55,168 nucleotides of DNA from positions 1-55,168 of the IMG/VR virus record IMGVR_UViG_3300020171_000035; one strand, 5' to 3'. Of this stretch, positions 48,582 through 55,168 are shown piece after piece. Position 1 is the stretch's first letter. The number at the start of each line of letters is the position of its first letter. A program made the translations under genes and the position numbers. The notes beneath the pieces were generated by a model. It had not been told where the DNA came from and searched no databases. It saw nothing but the letters and a program-made list of their open reading frames with translations. The stretch is from a virus. Its lineage: Duplodnaviria > Caudoviricetes.

Positions 48582-48839
48582 CTAGCACTCCCTGCACTCC
48601 ACACAGTCGCAAAGTGGTCGGGTGCAGACTTCCCCCCTACAATATAGGGCCACAGCCTCGCCTCCAATTTCAATACTATTGGGTAATGGGTAGGCATTAA
48701 TCGCTACGGTCTCTAAGCATACTTTACATTGGGAATATGCCTTACTAATGTTTCCATAATTCTTGAAATGTTCCATCTTATGCCCTCTAAATCTACACGA
48801 TTCAAGGGCTTCCCGCTTTAATCTTTCAATTTTTCTCAT
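48582..48839 (-). CDS. Cys-rich hypothetical protein
   Basis: C..RGH.M..F..C..C..I.GEAVAL.C; RBS GGAGGTGA. Confidence 0.55.
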   Translation of the reverse strand: MRKIERLKREALESCRFRGHKMEHFKNYGNISKAYSQCKVCLETVAINAYPLPNSIEIGGEAVALYCRGEVCTRPLCDCVECREC

Positions 48840-48851
48840 CTTTATCACCTC

Positions 48852-49055
48852 CTATTTTATTGTGACCTTTTTATTAAGGATAAACTTTCTGGGACTAAAT
48901 TCGTTTCCATCCCTATTAAGCTTTTCGATGAGGGTAATCTCATCTTCAGAAACGCCCCCCTTATCCATCATTAACCCCTCAAGGGCATCTTCCCACGCCT
49001 CATCCGGGGTTTCTCCCATAGCATTTAGGGTGACCGTAAATTCATAACGCTTCAT
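48852..49055 (-). CDS. Hypothetical acidic protein
   Basis: RBS GGAGGTGA; YEF.V.L...GETPDEAW.DA. Confidence 0.55.
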   Translation of the reverse strand: MKRYEFTVTLNAMGETPDEAWEDALEGLMMDKGGVSEDEITLIEKLNRDGNEFSPRKFILNKKVTIK

Positions 49056-49242
49056 TTTTATCACCTCCCCCTTTCAAATTCTTCATCCTCTCTGATCTCT
49101 TTATCCTCTCTTCATCGGAGATATTTATAACCCTTACCACCTGGCATTTCTCACGTATCCGCTTACACGTTCCAGCGGATAAGTTCCGGTCACACACTAT
49201 TTCATCCATTCTTTGCTCCTTACTATCACACCATCTGAACAT
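49042..49242 (-). CDS. Hypothetical protein
   Basis: RBS GAGGTGA. Confidence 0.5.
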   Translation of the reverse strand: MFRWCDSKEQRMDEIVCDRNLSAGTCKRIREKCQVVRVINISDEERIKRSERMKNLKGGGDKNEAL

Positions 49243-49415
49243 TTTATCACCTCAATTAAATTCTACGATTTGATATTCCCATGAGCAATTTTTCTTAGCG
49301 TATCTTTCCGCTTTTTTCTTGGTATCGAAAGAAATGGACCCCCCACTTTCGTCCGGGTCCAATATAACCTGAACATACGGTAAACAACCCAAGATTTCAA
49401 TAATGAAAAACATAG

Positions 49416-49772
49416 TCAATCACCTCCCTTTAAAAGATTTTTCTCAATATACCGATACGCCTGCTCTCGATTACTGAACCTTTGGAATCCATCTCCATCA
49501 TTTATCTTGACATTACGAATGTCGCCTTCAAGATTAAATAACCGGATGGTCCATTTCCGGGGTTCCCTATAATCGGTAAAAACCGACACAAACCTTTCGC
49601 TGGTAACAAAGTAAACACCCTCCGGGGCCTCGAATATTCGGGGTTCCAGCTTAGACTTGAACCCCTTCATCGTTAAGCGGTCAAAGAAATGGCTTCCGGT
49701 GACTTTCGCAACGGCAACCAATTCTTCGGAGTTCCTGATTTGATAATGGTTTCCTTCGATTGTAAATTCCAT
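49416..49772 (-). CDS. Conserved early phage protein (DUF7447-like)
   Basis: GSHFFDR.TM..F.S......YFVTSE...R.WTIR. Confidence 0.6.
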   Translation of the reverse strand: MEFTIEGNHYQIRNSEELVAVAKVTGSHFFDRLTMKGFKSKLEPRIFEAPEGVYFVTSERFVSVFTDYREPRKWTIRLFNLEGDIRNVKINDGDGFQRFSNREQAYRYIEKNLLKGGD

Positions 49773-49774
49773 TT

Positions 49775-49981
49775 TTAGTTCCCCCCCTTTCTATTGATAA
49801 TTCCGGCCTCAATCAACGCCATTGCAGTCCTACCGAGGCATCCCTGAAGTGTCCAGGCCATTCCAGTATCGACGAGATACTGCTATGCCTCAACCTGCTC
49901 TTCCCTGCTTGCACCCTCACCCTCACAAAATCCCTCAGCGATAGCTGTTGCTAAATAAGGTGTCATTTTAATCTTTTTCAT
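49775..49981 (-). pseudogene. Conserved small phage gene (DUF7417-like) with in-frame TAG
   Basis: RBS GGGAGG, MKKIKMTPYLATAIAEGF..EEQVEA*QYLVDTGMAWTLQG..GRTA..LIEAG; TAG at 49883-49885. Confidence 0.65.
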
Positions 49982-50171
49982 TTTTCAATACCTCCCGGAG
50001 ATGAGGACCGGAATCCTCACCTCCTATATTTTATTATGTATTACTTCCCGGAGAAAGATGTTAAACCACCCCTTACCATAAATCGAACCCCGGTATATAA
50101 ATCTTTATATACCTCGAATGTGGTTCCGAACCTCCCCTCCATCTCTCCGACGTATAACAATCCTATCTTTT

Positions 50172-50414
50172 TCATTCCCTATCACCCCCCTCTAATGGAA
50201 TATTTTTAAATGACTTCCGGGAATAGCCCCATTCCTTAATCATCATTTTTCTATGCTCCGGGTCATTACATTTACAGGACCCATCTTCCCGGTAATGCTC
50301 TGGAGCCATAATAAAAAACTGGCACTTTCCAATATCTGATTGTTTAATTAATCGAACATTTGTTACTGTTCCATCTGGAAATAATGTTCCGAATTGAATT
50401 TTATGCTCTTCCAT
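50172..50414 (-). CDS. Hypothetical protein
   Basis: RBS GGAGG; C...I..PEHYR.DGSCKC. Confidence 0.55.
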   Translation of the reverse strand: MEEHKIQFGTLFPDGTVTNVRLIKQSDIGKCQFFIMAPEHYREDGSCKCNDPEHRKMMIKEWGYSRKSFKNIPLEGGDRE

Positions 50415-50439
50415 TTTACCATACCTCCTTATTATAGAT

Positions 50440-50805
50440 TTATTTAAGATATATCTCTTGACCATTCTCAATATCCCATATTGCAATTTGACCCTCAGTT
50501 AAACCTTTTTGAATTGCCTTATCCCGGTCCAGAACCCATACTGATATATCAATATAAACCTTTTCGTTTGCCTTGTCAAGCCATATACCAATGAATTGCT
50601 TATTATAAATTATCTCATATTGTATGAAAAGTTTATTGATAGTTAAGAATAAACTTTCAGGAGTGAAATTTTTAAGGTCAATAACTATACCCTGACCTCT
50701 TAATGAAACGAAAAAACCGGTTTGCTTCTTAACCTGAACCAACCGGGAAGTTAAGGTTATACCGCCATCTGTTAGGACATTGTGATATAATCTTTTGAAT
50801 TGCAT
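50440..50805 (-). CDS. Conserved early phage protein, possibly SAM-lyase-like fold
   Basis: GGIT..GFFVS..IGIWLD...VYIDIS......AI..G...GQIAIWD....EI. Confidence 0.5.
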   Translation of the reverse strand: MQFKRLYHNVLTDGGITLTSRLVQVKKQTGFFVSLRGQGIVIDLKNFTPESLFLTINKLFIQYEIIYNKQFIGIWLDKANEKVYIDISVWVLDRDKAIQKGLTEGQIAIWDIENGQEIYLK

Positions 50806-50817
50806 AAGACCTCCAAT

Positions 50818-51417
50818 TTAGAAGATTTTTAACTGTAGTTGACCAGTATATGAAGTCATTGACTTAACAATTCGATGGTATGTTAACCATACAATAGCTT
50901 GAAATTGACAAGGTAACAAGTCATACCGAATTGATAAATTCTTAATTTCGACCTTTAATGTTTCAATATGCTTAGGTGTCATAAACCTTTTAAGATTGTC
51001 AATATTTAGGTCATTATAAAAACAGGATAACATAAATCGATCAATAGTAATACAGCTATCGTCAAACGGATTAAGAAGATTAAAGTAAAATTGAACTACT
51101 TTCGGACCTCTTAAATGAGGAAAGACTTTTTTTGTCCTATAAATATTTAATGCCCTATAAATGTTTGCCTTATAGCAAGATGTTTTAATATGAGATAGTT
51201 TACCTTTGAACTTTAAAATATTATAGGTTAGGATAGTGTTTTGACTCCATGACAACCCCGGAGAGGTGACGGCTGTAATCCCGCAAACGATCTTCAGGGG
51301 CACGTTAAAATGTTCGGCCATGTCCTTTAGATAGTTATGACTGTCATTATACCAGTGAAAACCAGCGTTACGCTCGAATTGGTTTGCTTGTAGGAATGTT
51401 GATTCGAAGTTATTCAT
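50818..51417 (-). CDS. DUF7178-like protein (HhH DNA-glycosylase-related)
   Basis: G..WY, A..SP..SW..N, GPKV..F..N, TID..M, QAI.W. Confidence 0.65.
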   Translation of the reverse strand: MNNFESTFLQANQFERNAGFHWYNDSHNYLKDMAEHFNVPLKIVCGITAVTSPGLSWSQNTILTYNILKFKGKLSHIKTSCYKANIYRALNIYRTKKVFPHLRGPKVVQFYFNLLNPFDDSCITIDRFMLSCFYNDLNIDNLKRFMTPKHIETLKVEIKNLSIRYDLLPCQFQAIVWLTYHRIVKSMTSYTGQLQLKIF

Positions 51418-51418
51418 C

Positions 51419-51577
51419 TTACTTGACCTCTCGATATGATTTAACTTGATAACATAAATTACAAAGTTTAACCTTTAACTGCTCTTTGCATATATGGCAA
51501 TCACAATTAAAAACCGTAAACTTAGTTTCGCAACCCCTACAGGTTAATTCTTTTGAGGTCCAGAACTTTTTAACCAT
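51419..51577 (-). CDS. Small Cys-rich protein, first gene of the leftward operon
   Basis: ATG 51577 with RBS GGAGG at 51586-51590; CRGC..CDCHIC..LCNLC. Confidence 0.6.
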   Translation of the reverse strand: MVKKFWTSKELTCRGCETKFTVFNCDCHICKEQLKVKLCNLCYQVKSYREVK

Positions 51578-51606
51578 CTTTTTAACCTCCGTTTGAACCT
51601 TATTAA

Positions 51607-51622
51607 TGCAAACGATATGCCA
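51607..51622 (-). promoter_or_regulatory. sigma54 (RpoN) -24/-12 promoter
   Basis: TGGCATATCGTTTGCA, matching GG-N10-GC and the consensus TGGCAC-N5-TTGCW, positioned just upstream of RBS and ATG. Confidence 0.75.
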
Positions 51623-51856
51623 GAACACAATAAATCTTTCAAATATAAACCATAATAAATTCAATAGGTTAAAAATGGGTTAATTTCATGAGAAACGTCA
51701 GGTATGTAAAGTTTACATAGTACTTTAACTATAACCACTTAACTAATTGAATATATTAAATAAATACCCATGACATTTATTGCATGGAGGGTCCAAAAAA
51801 CGTCACATGAAATGGAATGTTTCTGATAGACAGCTATGTGACCAAATGTCATAAAC

Positions 51857-51892
51857 TCGACAAAATTGTCGAAAGCTCGACAAAAATGTCGA
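51857..51892. repeat. Tandem palindromic operator-like sites
   Basis: TCGACAAAATTGTCGA and TCGACAAAAATGTCGA with 20-bp period. Confidence 0.75.
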
Positions 51893-52140
51893 AGTATATA
51901 CAAAGGCAATACATTGCATAGCCATCCCTTTATATAGATAGCCTGTAATAATTCTTAGATAAGAATCATTCTAAGCTGGAATGCCCTTCAAATGCTCACC
52001 ATCGTAACCTGCTGCCCGGAGCCATACCAATATGGACCGGGTTCGGGGTTAACCCATCATAACAAATCAATATAATAGTCAATACGTTAACCTGTTTACA
52101 TTTCATAGTGTATGAAATTGAATTGATCTAAATGAATTAC

Positions 52141-52168
52141 TTGACACTCCCCGATGGTATGGTATGAT
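52141..52168 (+). promoter_or_regulatory. sigma70 promoter of the rightward genes
   Basis: TTGACA-N16-TATGAT with TG extension. Confidence 0.55.
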
Positions 52169-52343
52169 GATCGTAACCGGGGGAGCAGTCGAGAGGGCCC
52201 CGAATAGGTAGTAAACCCGTCCCCCTATGGTTCTCTCTATCACACGGTGCGTCTATAACCCCCGGGGCCCGGGGGCACTCTTTTTGGACTTTTACTGCGT
52301 AGAAAAGTGGGTGGTATGAAAAATTATTCCTCATGGAGGTGAC

Positions 52344-52511
52344 ATGAAAATATTACTTGAGTGTCCAGATGCTTACGGGAACTTTATTTTTCAAAAAGAT
52401 ACTGTATGGAATATAAAATTTGATTCGTATCCATCACAATATTGTCATTTTACAGTTTTGGATATTATCTCACCTGATCCGTCGCAACCTTTCGACGAAT
52501 GGAACTGGTGA
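52344..52511 (+). CDS. Hypothetical protein (55 aa, not in the ORF track)
   Basis: RBS GGAGGTGA then ATG; MKILLECPDAYG...WNW*. Confidence 0.55.
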   Translation: MKILLECPDAYGNFIFQKDTVWNIKFDSYPSQYCHFTVLDIISPDPSQPFDEWNW

Positions 52512-52594
52512 TACCCGGGGGCAGTCCCTAAATAAATCCGAATCCGTATAAAAAGGGTGGTACCAAATAATTTTTTTAAAATTTCAGGAGGGAA

Positions 52595-52816
52595 ATGGAA
52601 ATGAAGGATCTTTGTTATAAGTGTATCGAGGAACGTAATGGTGCTATCTATTTTGGATGGGATAGTGAACACTGTCATCATGAACCGAGGGAGAAGCCGG
52701 AGTCAAAATGTACTATTTGCGAAAAGGGTTCCTTTACAACCTATGTGAGTAGTGAGGGTAGATACACGTTGATTATCGTAAAGTTCTGCCCCGAGTGTGG
52801 AAAATCTTTAATTTAA
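52595..52816 (+). CDS. Cys-rich hypothetical protein
   Basis: RBS AGGAGG; ends FCPECGK. Confidence 0.6.
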   Translation: MEMKDLCYKCIEERNGAIYFGWDSEHCHHEPREKPESKCTICEKGSFTTYVSSEGRYTLIIVKFCPECGKSLI

Positions 52817-52826
52817 GGAGGAAAAT

Positions 52827-53009
52827 ATGGAAGATCTAGATCTGGTGGGGGAAGTAAACGAAAAATTTCTATGGGCCATTCTGGAGGTATTAGACCCGAC
52901 AGGGTTGCATACCCTTACATCTGCATACCTTAATTTTGCCCATGCCGTGGAAGTTATGCAGGGGGTAGAACTGAGGGGTTGGGACGAACTGGATGGGGAG
53001 GACCCATGA
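52827..53009 (+). CDS. Hypothetical protein
   Basis: RBS AAGGAGG. Confidence 0.55.
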   Translation: MEDLDLVGEVNEKFLWAILEVLDPTGLHTLTSAYLNFAHAVEVMQGVELRGWDELDGEDP

Positions 53010-53236
53010 AATGCCCAGATGATTGCCATTCTAAATTCAAGGTATGGGAATGCAAGATTGTGGTGGCGGATGATGTAAGGATACCCGATGGGTTCGACTT
53101 CCCTCCACGACGTGCAGCGCTTGAGGCGATAGAGGCTGGTGGTATTGAGGTGTTGTCTTGCTTTTCGGGTTGGGGTGGAACGTTAACTGCAACGCAAATG
53201 GAAATCGTTGAGGAAAATTGTAAGCAAGGAGGGTGA
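53006..53236 (+). CDS. Hypothetical protein
   Basis: ATGA coupling; W.CKI..P.G.D.P.R.A..FSGWG. Confidence 0.55.
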   Translation: MKCPDDCHSKFKVWECKIVVADDVRIPDGFDFPPRRAALEAIEAGGIEVLSCFSGWGGTLTATQMEIVEENCKQGG

Positions 53237-53481
53237 CCTTGATTAAGAACATAATATACTGGCTCATCGATCGCCTTCCTAAGCGCAAACTTGGAATACA
53301 TAATAGGGAATTGGAGTTTTGTGGGGTAAAGTGCAAGGTGCAGACATTCGATCGAAGGGATCTGTATCAGGTAGTGATGCACGCGAGTGATGGGGCGGTG
53401 ATCATTATTGATAATGATACGTCTATCTTGGTAAGAAAGGGGTTTAGGGATGAAGGCGGAACTAGAGATTGCCCTGTTTAA
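53233..53481 (+). CDS. Hypothetical protein
   Basis: RBS AGGAGG, GTGA coupling. Confidence 0.45.
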   Translation: MTLIKNIIYWLIDRLPKRKLGIHNRELEFCGVKCKVQTFDRRDLYQVVMHASDGAVIIIDNDTSILVRKGFRDEGGTRDCPV

Positions 53482-53863
53482 AAAGTATCCGGAGATCTTT
53501 GCGGGAAAAGATAAATCAATTATGGAAAGCCTGATTCCATTCGGGCTTGAATGTGGTAGCGGTTGGTACAGGATTATTGATACTCTCTGTAGGCTAATTC
53601 AGCACTACGTTCAAGACCATCCGGATAATTCGGTCGAGGCCGTCCAGGTGAAAGAAAAATTTGGATCGCTCAGGTTTTATATCAACGGCGGGGATGACTA
53701 CGTTGATGGACTGATAACGTTCGCCGAGGCGATGAGTTACATGACCTGCGAACAGTGTGGGTCCACGGATGGCGTTACGCAGACCAAGGGATGGGTTTAT
53801 ACGCTTTGTAGGCAGTGCTTGTTTGATAGAGACATGGCGCAGTATGGCGGGGAGGACGATTAA
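53450..53863 (+). CDS. Conserved phage protein
   Basis: ECG.GWY.II..L..QVKEKFG.LRFY..CE.CG..GW..TLC..C. Confidence 0.7.
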   Translation: MKAELEIALFKKYPEIFAGKDKSIMESLIPFGLECGSGWYRIIDTLCRLIQHYVQDHPDNSVEAVQVKEKFGSLRFYINGGDDYVDGLITFAEAMSYMTCEQCGSTDGVTQTKGWVYTLCRQCLFDRDMAQYGGEDD

Positions 53864-53864
53864 T

Positions 53865-54554
53865 ATGGGTAAATTCCGTTTAAAATCTGAAATAATTACA
53901 GCTACCCGTTGGTTTAAGAACGGAGATCACCCACTCGATAAGCCCGAAGGTCACAGGGTTGGCGAGGAAGGCGCATTCGTGGGATACTCCAAGGGTAAGG
54001 ATAGCTTTCTCGCCAAGAAGTGCGACAAGTGTGGCGCTGTCATGCGAGTGCATGGGGAGATTAATAGGCTCGGGGAGGTTGGATACTCCGGGATATGGTA
54101 TGTGTGTCCTGGAAGTTGGGTCCTTACACCTCCGGATGGCACGATAGAAATCCTTTCCGATGCGGAATTTCGGGTATACGAAGAGGTGGACGATCGCGGG
54201 GCTCCGCTAATGACAGAACAGGAAATACGTAAGTTTACCTCCGAGGTGGAAGCGCCTAAGAATCCATACACGGATGGACCGAAGCCAGAACAGCAATGCC
54301 CAACGTGTAGGTTTGACATCGAAGAGCTCGACGTATGCATGAAGGATCGGCGCAGGATCCAACGTAACGAGGCTGGGAAACTATTTAAGGCTGTCAACTG
54401 TCCATTCTGGGAGTTTGGAAAGGAGTTACCCATAGTAGAGGTTTCACCCGAGCCCAAAGAACCTAGGCGCTCACATGGTGCAGCGAAAAGACAGCGTGGT
54501 CGCCCGAGAAAGTTTATCTCTCCAGATGAAATATATCCGAGGCCAACGACATGA
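53865..54554 (+). CDS. Phage protein with AT-hook-like C-terminus
   Basis: ATRWFKNGDHP..C..CG....HG..VCPG.W; KRQRGRPRK. Confidence 0.6.
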   Translation: MGKFRLKSEIITATRWFKNGDHPLDKPEGHRVGEEGAFVGYSKGKDSFLAKKCDKCGAVMRVHGEINRLGEVGYSGIWYVCPGSWVLTPPDGTIEILSDAEFRVYEEVDDRGAPLMTEQEIRKFTSEVEAPKNPYTDGPKPEQQCPTCRFDIEELDVCMKDRRRIQRNEAGKLFKAVNCPFWEFGKELPIVEVSPEPKEPRRSHGAAKRQRGRPRKFISPDEIYPRPTT

Positions 54555-54894
54555 AGGCTAAACGTAAGACAATCCGTATCTGTTCCCGCGAATGGACGCT
54601 TCGGGCTGACAAGAAAGACGGTGGTAGTGCTAGCCTTATTACATACGGAAGTCTGGCGCTGGAGAAATAGTTATTGAAACCAAGGGGCAATGTCGTAGAC
54701 GTGTTCTTGAGATGTTAACCCACGAGGTGGTGGAGGGTATATTAACTCATAATAACCATCGATGGAAAGAGAGTAAAGATAACGAAAAAGTACTTTTCTG
54801 TTTTGATCATAACTATCTTGATGGTTTTGCCGAAAAACTTGTAGATGCTTTTGTGTCATGTGGATTGATCGACCCTAAGAAGAAGGTGGTTTAG
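54551..54894 (+). pseudogene. Frameshifted HExxE metalloprotease-like phage gene
   Basis: MKAKRKTIRICSREW.. stops at 54670; the -1 frame continues GEIVIETK..EMLTHEVVEGIL. Confidence 0.45.
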
Positions 54895-54903
54895 GAAATA
54901 ATA

Positions 54904-55161
54904 ATGGATGAAAATAAGTTTTTAGAGATGACAAATTGTAATGACTGTCCCTGCCTAAATAATGATTACGAACAGGGTTCAAGTTGTAACTTAGCGTATG
55001 GGGCAGATTTGTATTGGACAAAATTCGACTTAATTAGCGCTTCCCCTGATTGTGGTCTTGAAATTGTGAAACATTCGAGGGGAGAATATAGACCCATAAA
55101 GGTTATGGCTCGAAAGAAACGTACCGATGGGAAGTGTTTGCGTTTTGGGTACCAAAAATGA
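54904..55161 (+). CDS. Cys-rich hypothetical protein
   Basis: CNDCPC.......CNL...P.C.L. Confidence 0.5.
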   Translation: MDENKFLEMTNCNDCPCLNNDYEQGSSCNLAYGADLYWTKFDLISASPDCGLEIVKHSRGEYRPIKVMARKKRTDGKCLRFGYQK

Positions 55162-55168
55162 AACAATC

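Noticed and set aside
49883-49885. Genome-wide TAG recoding
   Set aside because: TAG terminates well-defined genes (3219, 17427, 26985) and coding density is high under the standard code
51419-51664. 81-aa version of the first early ORF
   Set aside because: The upstream extension runs through the sigma54 promoter; ATG 51577 has the RBS
51857-51892. Mini CRISPR array
   Set aside because: Only two 16-bp palindromes separated by 4 bp; no spacers or cas operon. The Cas4-like gene sits in a recombination module.

Overview
This window is part of a tailed dsDNA bacteriophage genome with podovirus-like organisation. It has no tape measure or sheath, but a giant C-terminal internal virion protein. 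No host genes, terminase, portal, major capsid, DNA polymerase, reverse transcriptase, tRNA or CRISPR array were recognised. Layout: 1-1.4 kb glycosyltransferase, acetyltransferase and HNH; 1.5-27.3 kb (+) virion, tail and fibre module ending in a 2295-aa polyvalent protein; 27.3-32.2 kb (-) lysis and accessory genes (phosphoesterase, GH24 lysozyme, holin, trypsin-like protease); 32.3-47.1 kb (+) recombination, replication and nucleotide genes plus a tyrosine integrase; 47.1-51.6 kb (-) a train of small early-type genes; 51.6-52.3 kb a non-coding control region; then small (+) genes. Two PxxKW-like proteins and a sigma54 promoter suggest a deltaproteobacterial (Desulfobacterota-like) host, which is inference. 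The most notable signals are: (1) a near-consensus sigma54 promoter with IHF-like sites and a dense array of different palindromes driving the early operon; (2) a T3 SAM-lyase/DUF3293-like domain inside the giant virion protein; (3) a twice-occurring LLLxxG motif paired with a shared fibre N-terminal motif, possibly a modular fibre-docking system; (4) a signal-peptide beta-helix protein next to a phage-encoded signal peptidase I; (5) two similar three-way-junction RNAs. All family calls are by motif recognition by eye, not database searches.
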